64,000 nt of DNA. Source: a virus. Location: positions 1 to 64,000 of IMG/VR virus record IMGVR_UViG_3300035458_000037; one strand, given 5' to 3'. The notes beneath the pieces are model-generated. The model was not told the DNA's origin, made no database searches, and worked only from the letters and a program-made list of their open reading frames with translations. The position numbers and the translations under genes were made by a program. This document shows, piece after piece, positions 40,208 through 51,878 of the stretch. The first letter of the stretch is position 1; every line of letters begins with the position of its first letter.

Positions 40208-41581
40208 ATGGTTGCGGTATTAAAAGGCGCAAAATGTGAATTGAAGTTTAAGATTCTCAGTGATTACATTCATCGTCATCCTGTAGATCTTAGCAAATAC
40301 AATGAATTCATCTGCGCCGTTACCGAAGATGGGAAACTACTCATTGAAAAGAAATTCAGCACCAATGGAGTAAAAACATCTACGAATATTGTAGACGGTT
40401 TTCCATATATAATAACTGTAGTATTCAATTCTGAAGATACAAAAGATCTTTCTCTTAATCCTGCAAGCGAAGAGCGTCAAAGAACATTGGAGCTATTTGG
40501 CATCGGTTTCAATGACGCAGTAATTAGATTTCTTGTAACCGATTTCAATCTGGAAGGATCTGGATATTATGTACGTAGAAATCGAAGCTAATACATTCTA
40601 TGTGGAGATTGAAGTATGTTATCCTTCCTAGAGTCGTCTATAGCTATTGATGCAACTGGATTATCCTTTGGTGGTGCAGCTACAGCGACAGCTTATTTAA
40701 CACTTGATCAACGCAGTAGTGCTGGAATAGTTTCATTCACAGTAACAGTTCCGCCTAATGGTGACTCATCGGTTCCATATACTGCAACTTTAACATTTGT
40801 TGATACTCAAAAATGTTTACTTACAATTACATTTGGCCAACCTATGGCCAATGTTCATTTTAACGAAATAAGAACTCTTACTATTACAGCCAATAATAGT
40901 GATACGTATAATCTTGATTTGCAAATCAATTATACAGATGCTTTCATTCTAGCTAATTGGCAGAATTCCGCTGACATTGCAGCTATATCAGATCTTGCAA
41001 CATCTTCGCCGTTGACTACGCCACTTGTCAACAATAGGTTTTTGGCTTTACTTCGGTTTGCTATTACGGGGCTTAATAAAGCTAAGGAACTTATTAGCAG
41101 ATACGCGATCAAAAAGAGCTTACCAGACATAATTGACTTCGCAATTATGTCTGGCACATCCCCCATACCAGCCACTGCCACATTAACCACCGACAGCAAT
41201 TGTAATATTCTCACTTTGACCACCGTTTATAGTGATGCGGTTAGGGGAGTATCACAAAAGATTCTTGTTACATATACATATTCTACATATACGATCAAGC
41301 GTGTTATTAAAAGAAATAATAATTTCTTAGAAGTTACCAATGAAAACATTTCTCTTTTGAGTTCATTGACTATTGATGCTTTGGATAATTCTAATAATAT
41401 TATCTATCACCTAGGAACGGTGACAATCAATAGAACTGAAACTATTATAGCGGTTCCAGGTATACCGGATTACAATGATACACTTCCTCCCGAAACAATT
41501 AATACAGATCCAAATAATATCGTTTCAGATTACAAATATTACAAGACATTTGTAATAACTGGATGGACGGTTGTTGCATGA
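40208..41581 (+). other. Two putative virion CDS (40208..40591, 40616..41581)
   Basis: Beta-rich T/S/I composition within the structural module. Confidence 0.6.
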
Positions 41582-43542
41582 GATATGACATCGAAACTAT
41601 AAAAGTATGGTTCAAGGGTATCACAGATACCGTCTTGAACGTTAATACTAGACTAGGAGTAGTTGAAACCGAGTATACTGATCTGGAAGATAAGTATACT
41701 CGTAATCTTGTTTTAGCAAATGAAATTGAAGGCCGTCAATCTCAACTCGTTTCAATAACTACGACGTTCGGTAATGCAGATATTAGTGATCCAAATATAA
41801 AAACATTCACATTTAATAATGGAGCTAGTCTTCGATACTTAAAAACGACTTCGTTAACTGGAACTGATCCTTATCAAGTTGTTAATTTGCAAGCTCTTAA
41901 AAACATATTAGCTCAAATCAATGATCTGATTACAGAATCATTAACAGGGCTTCTACCCAAACATAATGGTTCTGCCACAGGTAATTATACTATTACCGCA
42001 AACGGTGTTGAGAAAAACTTTAGTTTTATTGGGATGTCGATAATTACAGATCCAGATACTGATTTATCTTTACATCATGGCGAAGTTCTTAATGTAGATG
42101 ATGGTAATACCAACGCTATAGTGAATGTTGGCTTTGTAAACAGTAAAATATCTGGATACTCCGCACCCCAGCCCCGGTTCATTTCCGGGAAGATCAAGTT
42201 CAAATCCGATCCCTTCGACGCTTCGGTGATTTCGCTCTACCCGGTGACGACCTCAGATTTCAATGGCGCGACGAACAAATACTTCAAACTTTTGAAATAC
42301 AACGCCAATATCGGGTCAGACTTGTCTTGGGTCCAGCGCTTTACTTCCACACCCCCTGGAAGCATCCCAGGCTCAGCATTGCCTATTGCTGTGGGTGTCA
42401 TACCCTACCCAGTTTCATTTCGACTGTTTATGGAATATACCGTGGAAGGAGGCTCTGCCCCCTTCCCCAGCCGCGCCACCTTCCGCGCCTCCATGCCCAA
42501 CTTCATTCAGGATGGTGATAATTTCTTCCGCTGGGGTGTGCTGATTGACGCGGATGGAGACCTGGGCCTGATCCTCTCAACCTCCGGTTTCTTGAGTCTG
42601 CCGGTTATTGCCAATCTGGGTATCAGTAATGAGAATATGGATCTGAAGTTTTATCTCATGATTGATAGCTGGTCTTACTACCCACCTTCTGAGGATTATG
42701 CAGATGGTTCAGTAATAAGTTTAGCGAAAATATCATTTCCAGTTAGCGGCCATTTTGACTTTACTGATTTACAACCAATAGGTGGTTTTACTTATAAACT
42801 TTATTACGCAAATATTCCATCATCAGCAACATGGACTTCTAGTTCTCCAGATATTACAATTGATGCAATTGGCAGCACTTATGTTACTCTCAGAATGATA
42901 TTTGTAGATCCTACTACTACTCTTACCGGTAACATTACAGCAAGTTATCTCGTTGGTTCCACTCCTACAACTAAAGTTCAAAATGTTACATTCAATTTTA
43001 TTACCGATCCTCTTGCAATTATTCCACTGACTATTAGTTGTCCTTATTATCTAACCACAGCATTTCCGCTTACACCAATTGGTATTTCTGCAATACCTAC
43101 TACACAATATGCTAAAGGCGCGGTAAGTTGGGAAATTGATGGACCGAATACTGTTGGATGCACAGCTTCATTTACTCTATCTGGTAAACTAGTAGTGACA
43201 GAAATAGATGCTTCTACCCCAGGAGCGACTGTAGGTATTATTGCAAAAGATACGAGATATTATTTGACTACAGGAACATTGGATTGCGCCAGTGATGGCA
43301 TAACACTCACAGTAGCTACTGGAACTGTAGATACAAGTAAAGTAATCGGAGCGCAAATCATCGTAGATAGCACTGGTCCTGTAACACGCACGATTCTTAC
43401 TGCATCTGGCGGTCCAGTCGTCATTACAGTTGATAGTGCCATTCCCGGAGCACCATTTACCGGAGCTTCATTCCAGATTGAAGTTATCAATGGCAAAGCA
43501 TCTTACATCGTTCCTGTTAATATGGTTAACCAGGATACCTAA
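41578..43542 (+). CDS. Putative tail fibre/baseplate protein
   Basis: N-terminal coiled coil, NAIVNVGFV fibre-type repeat, beta-rich C-terminus. Confidence 0.6.
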   Translation: MRYDIETIKVWFKGITDTVLNVNTRLGVVETEYTDLEDKYTRNLVLANEIEGRQSQLVSITTTFGNADISDPNIKTFTFNNGASLRYLKTTSLTGTDPYQVVNLQALKNILAQINDLITESLTGLLPKHNGSATGNYTITANGVEKNFSFIGMSIITDPDTDLSLHHGEVLNVDDGNTNAIVNVGFVNSKISGYSAPQPRFISGKIKFKSDPFDASVISLYPVTTSDFNGATNKYFKLLKYNANIGSDLSWVQRFTSTPPGSIPGSALPIAVGVIPYPVSFRLFMEYTVEGGSAPFPSRATFRASMPNFIQDGDNFFRWGVLIDADGDLGLILSTSGFLSLPVIANLGISNENMDLKFYLMIDSWSYYPPSEDYADGSVISLAKISFPVSGHFDFTDLQPIGGFTYKLYYANIPSSATWTSSSPDITIDAIGSTYVTLRMIFVDPTTTLTGNITASYLVGSTPTTKVQNVTFNFITDPLAIIPLTISCPYYLTTAFPLTPIGISAIPTTQYAKGAVSWEIDGPNTVGCTASFTLSGKLVVTEIDASTPGATVGIIAKDTRYYLTTGTLDCASDGITLTVATGTVDTSKVIGAQIIVDSTGPVTRTILTASGGPVVITVDSAIPGAPFTGASFQIEVINGKASYIVPVNMVNQDT

Positions 43543-43545
43543 CCA

Positions 43546-44775
43546 ATGATCGAGAAACCAGAAATAGAAGTTATCAAAGATGTATATTTGAAGTCTGCTC
43601 TTTCGCAGATCTTCGAAGCTTTTGTAAAACTCCAGCAATTAGGAATTACTATTGATGATATTTATACACAATTAAATAAAAAAGTAAATCTTGTATCGGA
43701 CATGCTTGATGGTGAAACTACTGCTAAAATATTAGGCCCAGGAACTGTAACCGCAAGCAGCACTAATGTAGTTGGAACAAATACATTCTTCAAGCGATAT
43801 ATGATGCCGGGAAATCAGATTCAAATAGGATCTGAGATTTCAACTATCGATGTGATTACAGATGATACTCATATGACGGTGATGACGCCATTTGTTAGCA
43901 GTTATACTGATGTAATTTATTCAATCATCCGTGATGCTACTAGAGAAGAGCTTATGGGTGATTTCAATTTTGGTCAGCTTAACGGCGAACAATTTAGAGG
44001 AGTAATTCAAGAGGGAAGTTATTTAGAGCATTATGGAAGAATAGCAACTCCGAATGATGTAGTAAACGTTCGCTATGTTCAAAAATCAGTTGGACCTGCA
44101 ATTGTATTAGCTCAGAATGCTATTAAAAGAAGCGGGGATACCGTTGGTGCAGTTCCTATAAGTGGAACTCTTCCTACTGCCTTTAATTTTATAAACTGTG
44201 ATTTCTTATTTGACGAACATTGCACTTTGCGTTTTAAAGGTGTAGTTAGCGAACTTGATTTAACGCAAGTAGCTACGGTTAAATATGTTAATGATATGAT
44301 ACAAACTCATGTTGATACATATATAGCGCAACTATTTTACGCTCAATGGGTTTGCGATAATTGTCAAAGTTTATCTGGCGCTGGTGGATTATGGAGACCA
44401 TTATCAGTTACACCGTTTACTCATAATACAAATGGCTCTCAGTATAATGAATATTTTACAATTGGCACTTATGGATTGACATGTATAAAAGCTTGTTCGA
44501 TACTTCTAACAATGGATACTTTCCAGGATAGTTATCATAATAATTCTCAAAATGAAGGATCACTTTTAGTTGGAAATATAACCCAAAATGCAATACAGTT
44601 AAGTGCCGGTCAATCTTTCATGGAAGCTTCGAATACTATTGGTTCTGAACATAAACCAGCTTTTTCATGTTCAGCTATCATAGAATGTTCAATAGGTGAT
44701 GTAATTGCTTGTGGTGTCGTAGGTAACCGCCCAGGTGCAATCCATGCTTATACTTCTCTCACTCGCTTGAGGTAA
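43546..44775 (+). CDS. Putative tail fibre protein
   Basis: VVGTNTFF, DVVNVRYV and VATVKYV fibre motifs; C1q-like C-terminus. Confidence 0.65.
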   Translation: MIEKPEIEVIKDVYLKSALSQIFEAFVKLQQLGITIDDIYTQLNKKVNLVSDMLDGETTAKILGPGTVTASSTNVVGTNTFFKRYMMPGNQIQIGSEISTIDVITDDTHMTVMTPFVSSYTDVIYSIIRDATREELMGDFNFGQLNGEQFRGVIQEGSYLEHYGRIATPNDVVNVRYVQKSVGPAIVLAQNAIKRSGDTVGAVPISGTLPTAFNFINCDFLFDEHCTLRFKGVVSELDLTQVATVKYVNDMIQTHVDTYIAQLFYAQWVCDNCQSLSGAGGLWRPLSVTPFTHNTNGSQYNEYFTIGTYGLTCIKACSILLTMDTFQDSYHNNSQNEGSLLVGNITQNAIQLSAGQSFMEASNTIGSEHKPAFSCSAIIECSIGDVIACGVVGNRPGAIHAYTSLTRLR

Positions 44776-44779
44776 CCAA

Positions 44780-45709
44780 ATGCTTATCGATCACATACAC
44801 GATCAATTGGGCCGGCACAGGGTTGGCATCATAAGTGAGTCGATGCCGGAATTTATAAAAGTTGCGGAAGAAGAGATAGTATCTGAGGATCTGACAAAAC
44901 TCGCTGATGGATGTTTTGCATATTCAAATCGGGTAGAAAGATTCTTTCCGATACATACTCCTGAACATACGTGGTTGAGCCATGCGTATTTCAATAAATT
45001 TGCATCTGAAATAGATGAGAAAGAAGTAAATGAGATTCGTATTAAAATCGACGATGCCTGTAAAGCATTTGGTTTTAATGAAGATTCGTTGGTAAAGATT
45101 GCCGCGCATGAAGATGAGATTGACGCTCTTCATACTTTATCTGTCGAATTAAATAAATTTGTAAACAATTACAAAAAACTGAAGCCAGAAGAGAGACGGC
45201 AGCGGGCAAAAGAGTTGGCTCATCATGCCAAAGCTTTGAATCGGGAGCACTCTCTTCATGATGTGGTGCATCGGTATTCCGGGGATCATCTCCGGCGTGA
45301 CTACCACCAGGCCTTTGGGCATCGCATGGGCTACTTCCACCACGGGGCACCGGAGCGGAAGATGCTGATGGAGATGCAGGACAATGCCCACGAGCACGTA
45401 CCTGAAAGAGTGGCGCGGGCGCTGACGATCTTTGACCGAAATGCTGGGCTGGATAGCCATTACGATCAGGATCTGGATGACCCCTATTCCGCGCTGCTAA
45501 CCGGCCAGGAGCCCGACGCGGATGATGTCGAGGTCGAAGGACACCGGATTCCCAGGCACCTCTTCCAGGAGTTCAACTGGGACTCTTTACAGGATCTGCT
45601 TGCCGAAGAGAGACTGGCCGCGCTCAAGGCCTCACCCCTGGAGGGCCTCAGAGGAATGGAGCCCTCCGTTCGTATGATTATCATTCGCAAGATTCATCAT
45701 CATGCATGA
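44780..45709 (+). CDS. Putative head-associated protein with repeated KxA motifs
   Basis: FIKVAE, LTKLAD, FNKFAS, LVKIAA. Confidence 0.7.
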   Translation: MLIDHIHDQLGRHRVGIISESMPEFIKVAEEEIVSEDLTKLADGCFAYSNRVERFFPIHTPEHTWLSHAYFNKFASEIDEKEVNEIRIKIDDACKAFGFNEDSLVKIAAHEDEIDALHTLSVELNKFVNNYKKLKPEERRQRAKELAHHAKALNREHSLHDVVHRYSGDHLRRDYHQAFGHRMGYFHHGAPERKMLMEMQDNAHEHVPERVARALTIFDRNAGLDSHYDQDLDDPYSALLTGQEPDADDVEVEGHRIPRHLFQEFNWDSLQDLLAEERLAALKASPLEGLRGMEPSVRMIIIRKIHHHA

Positions 45710-46673
45710 TTGGGATAACGAAGCGATCCTTTTGGTTAACGAAGATAAGCTCAGCGAAATAGAGCTTGAGACAATCTTTGCACTGAAAGCGTTAAAAGCT
45801 AATCCAGAAATATTAAATTCTGTTTTATATTTCGAGAAATTAGTTTATGTATTGAATAAGCTCAAACCTAATACATGGAGTTTTGAACCAGTATCGATAC
45901 TTCATCTATGTAAAGCTTTTGAGTTTTTCAAAAAGGAATATCCAAATAAAGTATGGGATCATGAGATAGTAGAATATATAGCTCACATTGCTCATGACGA
46001 AGGATGGGTTACGCTTCCTGAAAATTTAATATTTGCTCAGAACGCGCTTGACTCATTAGGAAATCGTGTCACACTTGATGAAGAGCAGTTGGAACTTCAA
46101 AAATTGAAGCATCAAGCTGTTGAAATGTATCTTCATCATAAGGAGTAATATGTTTCTAAACAATTGCTATGCCGATAGTGATACCGGAATCATGAAAGTT
46201 TTCATGGCGTATAGTTCAGATATGCAATTATTCGCTATGGATGTAAAAGCGCTTTGCCATAATGATCCTACGCAAAACAATGGTATGAGTGTGATCTTTG
46301 AATTTTCTCCTGAAGATAGATTTGGAAATTTCATTGAATTTGATAGATTGTTTAGACTTCAGTTTGGATGTTGATATGACCTACAGGATAAGCAAGTTTG
46401 CATTAATGATAATTGCTAATTATGAAATACGTCCTCAATTAGGGATATCTTTAAAGCTTCTCCATGGAGATGAAACCTGGAGTGCTAGTAAGGTTGCGTA
46501 TGAAAGATGAACGAATCAAAGAATATATGATACAGATAGGTCATGAAAATAGCATATCTTTATACTCAACATTGAAGATGTTAATTAATGAAGTTGAAAT
46601 AGAGACTCGTAAAGATTGTATAAGAATTATTGAGCAGGGCGGAACTCATAAAGATTTACTGTGGGGAAGGTAA
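45702..46673 (+). other. Small hypothetical CDS (45702..46148, ~46150..46374, ~46470..46673)
   Basis: Coupled ORFs. Confidence 0.55.
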
Positions 46674-48500
46674 ATGACATATTCATCCAGTAAGTCAGTA
46701 GCCAATGCGATAAGTGTCAAGAGTAATTTTGTCAATTATCCTATCCGCTTTTTTAACATGATGCATTTTCAGCGTCCCAATACGCTGAATGAAATATTTA
46801 AATGGTGCGGCATTCTTACTGAATCATCCGGTCTCTTCGACCGTATGACCGACACCATGGCTCGTTATCCAGTCACTCCCGTTGCCACAACAGATGATAT
46901 TGGAACTGATCAAAACTACTGGCAGAATTTTCTTAATGAAGAACTTTGTATTCAAAATGAATTAGTATCTAATGGTAAGGATTTCTATACATTTGGTAAT
47001 TGTATCTGTAGCTTTGTTCCACCCTTTAGACGTTATCTGGTATGTTCAAAGTGTAATTCATATCTTTATCATTGTATTAATCATGATAACATGGATGATA
47101 CAAAATTTGAGTGGATGTATAAAGGTTATAATTTTTACGGCAAGTGTATGAATAAAGATTGCAAACATCACGGTATGATGGAAGTGAAAGATGAATACCT
47201 TACTGGAGATGATTTCGTAAAGAATATCAAAATTCATAGATGGCCAATTCTTAATATCAAAATCAGAGATTTAGGTATTGCTGGTAAGAAGAGAATTTAT
47301 TATAAGATAGAACGTAAATATTCAAAAGGCATTGAGAAAGGAGACAGGTTTGTTGTCGCCAATGTTCCATACACATTTATTCTTGCGTGTAAGAAAAATC
47401 AGCTTACTCCCATTATCGAATTACCTTCCGAACTTACATTTCATTACAATCATGAAACTATTACGGAACCTGAATGGGAAGGGCTGAGTAAACCTTTCTT
47501 TTTCTCAGCATGGAAAGATCTCTTTATGAGCTTTGTGCTGCGCAAAGCTCAGGAGATGATTGCGGCTGATCACATGATCCCTAATAGGTTCCTGTTCCCG
47601 CAGACGGCCCCAGGCGGTCGTGATCCGCTTTCACAAATCGACGGCGGGAGCTGGGTCAACATCATCAGCACCCAGATCAAGCGCCAGCAGAATGACCCAA
47701 GCGAATTTGGTATCGTACCCTTCCCAATTGGTTACCAGGCGCTAGGTGGGCAGGGCAAAAACATGTCTCTGCGCGAAGAGATCGAGCTTCAGGATCGAAG
47801 AATCTTGACTCAGATGGGTATTCCACCAGAACTCATTTACGGCGGTATGACATGGAGCGGTAGTAATATTTCACTCAGAATGCTTGAAAATCTATTCTTG
47901 TATTATATTCATAAACATAATGTTTTCTTAAGATCCTTCGTGAATTATGCCGCAAGAATGTCTGGTAAGAAAGCGCCAGGAACCGTTAAATTAAAGCCCT
48001 TTAAAATGGCCGATGATATTCAACAGATTCAACTTCGATCTACCCTTGGTATTCAAGGCAGAATCAGCGAAACTACAGCGCTTGCTCATGTGGATGGAAT
48101 TAATCTTGAAGCAGAAGCTGATCAAGCTGAGAAAGAAGCGACATTTGTTCAACGTATTACCGCTGCTCGTCAACTCACGGCAGCCAAAGTCAATCTTGAA
48201 GTCTCTAAGACAACCAATGAAGGTCAAGTTGATATTCAAACTGAGACTGCTATGCGACAAAATCAAGATAATACCGCAGCTCAAACTGCAATTACCGATG
48301 GATTTGTAGCCAATACTACCCAAGGATTGATTAATAAATTGAACGCCATGCCTTATCAACAACGCCAGCTTGAATTGAAGAATCTTCAGCAGCAAGATCC
48401 GCAGAAGTTCAACGAAGTCACTACCGCCATGATGGGCGGTGCCAGTCAACTTCCAGAAAAACGCGCTCCCCGGCGCGGCCCTGAAACAGCCCAGGTGTAA
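46674..48500 (+). CDS. Putative portal protein with zinc-ribbon insertion
   Basis: 608 aa; DFYTFGNC, MGIPPELIYG, SLRMLEN; CSKC...CMNKDC; low-complexity C-tail; neck genes follow. Confidence 0.65.
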   Translation: MTYSSSKSVANAISVKSNFVNYPIRFFNMMHFQRPNTLNEIFKWCGILTESSGLFDRMTDTMARYPVTPVATTDDIGTDQNYWQNFLNEELCIQNELVSNGKDFYTFGNCICSFVPPFRRYLVCSKCNSYLYHCINHDNMDDTKFEWMYKGYNFYGKCMNKDCKHHGMMEVKDEYLTGDDFVKNIKIHRWPILNIKIRDLGIAGKKRIYYKIERKYSKGIEKGDRFVVANVPYTFILACKKNQLTPIIELPSELTFHYNHETITEPEWEGLSKPFFFSAWKDLFMSFVLRKAQEMIAADHMIPNRFLFPQTAPGGRDPLSQIDGGSWVNIISTQIKRQQNDPSEFGIVPFPIGYQALGGQGKNMSLREEIELQDRRILTQMGIPPELIYGGMTWSGSNISLRMLENLFLYYIHKHNVFLRSFVNYAARMSGKKAPGTVKLKPFKMADDIQQIQLRSTLGIQGRISETTALAHVDGINLEAEADQAEKEATFVQRITAARQLTAAKVNLEVSKTTNEGQVDIQTETAMRQNQDNTAAQTAITDGFVANTTQGLINKLNAMPYQQRQLELKNLQQQDPQKFNEVTTAMMGGASQLPEKRAPRRGPETAQV

Positions 48501-48502
48501 CG

Positions 48503-49434
48503 ATGGAGAAACCGCCAGTTCAGAAGTCGCGTTCAGCACTTTTTAATTTGAGTCAGAAAGAAGAGTTAGAAAAATATATTAAAGTTTTAGATAAGATTGC
48601 AAATAATAATCATAAGTATATCATTTTAAATAATCAAATTCAAAATGACAATTATGGTGATCCTTTTGTAATCATGCATTATATTGATATGATCGGAGAG
48701 GAAGAAAGGAGTAATAATAAAATTCATTATTCCGCAGAAATACTTAATGTTCCTGGTGATCTAGATAGATTTGATACTCTAATGGAAAAGATATGGAGCA
48801 AAGAAATTATTCTAACTTTTCTAGAAGATTTTAAACATCAGGAAAAAGATTTCTTTTACATGTATAAACTGATCTTCTATTACAAGACATCTCCCAAGAC
48901 TATACTCAAAAAAGATACATTTCTTAACACAATGCCCGTCGCGTCCAAGTAGGAGAGCAAATGAGTTTATCGGATCTTCGTTTTAATGCAGGGTGGTTTC
49001 CTTCAGAAAGGGATAGATTGCTTGAAAAATTTGCAGATAAAAACTCTTCAGATGATAAGATAGTTACCCCTGAATTTTTTATCGCAAAGATGACGTGCTA
49101 TCAATTTGAAAGTGTAATACGTCCGGAGGATAACGCTCTTGTAATTCACTTGAAACATTTGGCTCCAGCTCTTAGGAATAGGAAGTTCTTTGATTATGCT
49201 GCACAATTCATTCGTGATAGGATAGGTAAGTTCGCTACCATGGACGCAAGTTTTATTGGCGAAGTTGATAAGGTAAATAAATTGAATAGCCTTGATTTAA
49301 TTTTCACTCAGTATTACCCGGCAAGAATGCATGACATGGAATTCATCAAAAAGCATACGGCAAAAATTGGATACGATCTTGATCAGACTATAATTCGTGA
49401 GCTTGGAGCCGCCGCTAGTGCAAATATACCTTGA
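48503..49434 (+). other. Two hypothetical CDS (48503..48952, 48961..49434)
   Basis: ORFs with RBSs; the second has LEKFAD. Confidence 0.65.
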
Positions 49435-50245
49435 ATGTCGTGAGATTTCATATGAGTCAATTGTTCTTTATTGGACGGTTGATAAAGAAGCTCATGAACG
49501 AGTTACGGATTTTTTGTTTACGGTTGAAAAGTCGGAGTCACCCAATGGCCCGTGGTCACCGTTGCCGGGAACTCCCGTTAGCGCCTTTGGATATATAGAT
49601 ACGGATACTCAGCGTGGAATGATTGATATCCGAATTTATTATCGTGTTCGCGCTAACAATAAAACTGGTAAGGAATACTCCTCAAATACACAGTGCATAT
49701 TTGAGGAGGAACGTAATTTCATTACCAATTACATCGCTGAATGCGAAGATCGTTACATGCTTCAGCGATATAATGGTAATGAATTTTTGCATTTTTCTCG
49801 TAAAAAATTTGGCGATAGATGCCATCATTGTTATGATGAAGTGGAACGTAAATCAATTAAGCCAAAATGTCCATTCTGTTATGGAACTACTTATGAAGGC
49901 GGATTCTTTACTCCTACGCGAATTCTTATTAATGTAGATCCAAAAGCGAAAGTTGCAGATAGAAATGAGTATGGAGTATTAGAAAACTTTGCTCATTCTG
50001 GCTGGACATCTAATCGAGTTATTATCGAAGAACTCGATATGGTTGTATCGTTAGATAAATCATCTATTAGATATCTTGTTAACCAAGTGATCCCTACTGG
50101 TATTCATGGATCTGTAACAAGACAGCAATTGAATCTAACGCAATTAAAAGTTGATAGTCCTTATCAATTACTATCTGTTGATGTAGAAGCCTATCCTATA
50201 TATGAATTAAATGTTTTCAGAAGAGATTGGCAGATACACTCCTGA
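49397..50245 (+). CDS. Putative neck/head-closure protein (FN3-like + Zn finger)
   Basis: IVLYW...YYRVRA; CHHC...CPFCYGT; context. Confidence 0.55.
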   Translation: MSLEPPLVQIYLECREISYESIVLYWTVDKEAHERVTDFLFTVEKSESPNGPWSPLPGTPVSAFGYIDTDTQRGMIDIRIYYRVRANNKTGKEYSSNTQCIFEEERNFITNYIAECEDRYMLQRYNGNEFLHFSRKKFGDRCHHCYDEVERKSIKPKCPFCYGTTYEGGFFTPTRILINVDPKAKVADRNEYGVLENFAHSGWTSNRVIIEELDMVVSLDKSSIRYLVNQVIPTGIHGSVTRQQLNLTQLKVDSPYQLLSVDVEAYPIYELNVFRRDWQIHS

Positions 50246-50254
50246 GAGTAAACT

Positions 50255-50896
50255 ATGATTTACAAAGATTTCGTTCAAAGTAAAACATTCAATGTTGGAT
50301 ATTATGGCGTTAGAGCCATTATTTTATATTTAGTAGAACGTTTTAGCAATAATCAAGATCTGGAGTATAAAGTATATACTGATGAATTGAATAGAATAGA
50401 TTCATACGGATCTTTGTTGATTACATCAAGGTATGATTGGGAAACAAAGTTCAGGGGCAAGCGTCCGGCTATTTTTGTGTCACGCGGAAATCTGTTGACC
50501 GGGGCCAATGGCACTGTGGCTCAATCCAAATTGTTCAGCGTCACCGACAATGGAGAAACTACTTCCTATATGGATCTGGTTTCTTTCCCTATCGTGATAG
50601 AATGTCTAGCAGAGAGCGACATCGAAAGTGAAGCTCTGGGTTCTATGATTGCTACTTTCATAGGATTAGATGTTAGACCTTTGAGAAGTTTAGGATTACA
50701 AATACAAGGTGGAATCACTCAATCACCACCAGTATTATTCGAAAAGGATAACATTTCTTTTATCTCTTCCGTAATTATTCAAACTCAAATATCTAGACAA
50801 TACAGAGCACGGATTATGGGCAGCGAAACTCTTGAGAACATCAGAACCCTCCTTAATCAAAAACTGCTTTCCGAAATAAATGAGGATACGGTATGA
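50255..50896 (+). CDS. Putative tail terminator/completion protein
   Basis: KRPAIFVSRG; directly upstream of the sheath. Confidence 0.5.
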   Translation: MIYKDFVQSKTFNVGYYGVRAIILYLVERFSNNQDLEYKVYTDELNRIDSYGSLLITSRYDWETKFRGKRPAIFVSRGNLLTGANGTVAQSKLFSVTDNGETTSYMDLVSFPIVIECLAESDIESEALGSMIATFIGLDVRPLRSLGLQIQGGITQSPPVLFEKDNISFISSVIIQTQISRQYRARIMGSETLENIRTLLNQKLLSEINEDTV

Positions 50897-51864
50897 CATA
50901 CAAGCTTCCTGCTCCGTCCGTTACCAAATTACTGGTTCAGCCTAGTCAAAATTTGGCAGACAGTCAGCTTCTTCCGTGTTTGGTTGGGCCTCTCAATCAG
51001 GTTGTAAAGTCAGCCCCGATCGCTCTTATTTATCCGGTATCCAATGCTACAATAGCTTATCCTGGTATGAAACCTGGCGCTATTATTAGCACAAGTAGTA
51101 TTGGAGTGGTTGTTAATAATGCTATAGTTCAGATTAATGCATCACCGATAAGTGCAGGTGGAAATTTTGTTGCTGGCACTAATACAATTCATATTGCCAG
51201 TGCATTTACGAATGCATTAGCAGGTGATATCATTACATTGAGCGCAGCAGGTGGTGTGTATACTATTGCAACGGTTGTTGATAATGATCATGCTACTACC
51301 GTTGAAACGATTCATCATACAACTTCTGCTGAAACGTTTAATATTACACGAGCAATTGCATCAGCTACCGCGAAACTGAATGGAGTGGTTTACAACACTA
51401 CGTTTATGACCGTCGTATCTATGACTTACGGCACTAATGACTACGTATTTGTAGATGGTGATGCGGTAATCAGTTATGTGGCAGCTCGTAAAGATCTTCT
51501 TGGATTTTATACAGTGGACAATCCGGATACTTTGGCTGCGGATATGGATGTGGACATTTTGAATCCGTTGGGATTTGATTTGGGCATTGCAATGGCTGGA
51601 GCTGGCGCAGCAACACGATTGGCATATATCACTAGGGATGGCAGTCAAAATTCTTATATCGCAGCTCTTGCAGATTTGGCTACTCGGCGCGGTCCCTACA
51701 TGATTTCCAGTGTCAATTTTGCAGACTCCACCATCCAGGGGTTCTTTGCTACGCATGCCGAGACAGTTTCGATGCCAAGTGTTAGCATGTTCAGAGCTGC
51801 TTTGTTGACCACAGACATTGTGAAACAGCTCACGCTGACCAGCGCCACTTACACCAAGTCTTAA
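50893..51864 (+). CDS. Tail sheath, N-terminal half
   Basis: PSV...PCLVG N-terminus, NPL motif, YIAALADL. Confidence 0.6.
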   Translation: MTYKLPAPSVTKLLVQPSQNLADSQLLPCLVGPLNQVVKSAPIALIYPVSNATIAYPGMKPGAIISTSSIGVVVNNAIVQINASPISAGGNFVAGTNTIHIASAFTNALAGDIITLSAAGGVYTIATVVDNDHATTVETIHHTTSAETFNITRAIASATAKLNGVVYNTTFMTVVSMTYGTNDYVFVDGDAVISYVAARKDLLGFYTVDNPDTLAADMDVDILNPLGFDLGIAMAGAGAATRLAYITRDGSQNSYIAALADLATRRGPYMISSVNFADSTIQGFFATHAETVSMPSVSMFRAALLTTDIVKQLTLTSATYTKS

Positions 51865-51878
51865 GATCTGGAGATCGC

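Noticed and set aside
38952-44775. Diversity-generating retroelement or invertible tail-fibre cassette
   Set aside because: No reverse transcriptase, recombinase or template/variable repeat pair was seen in the window.
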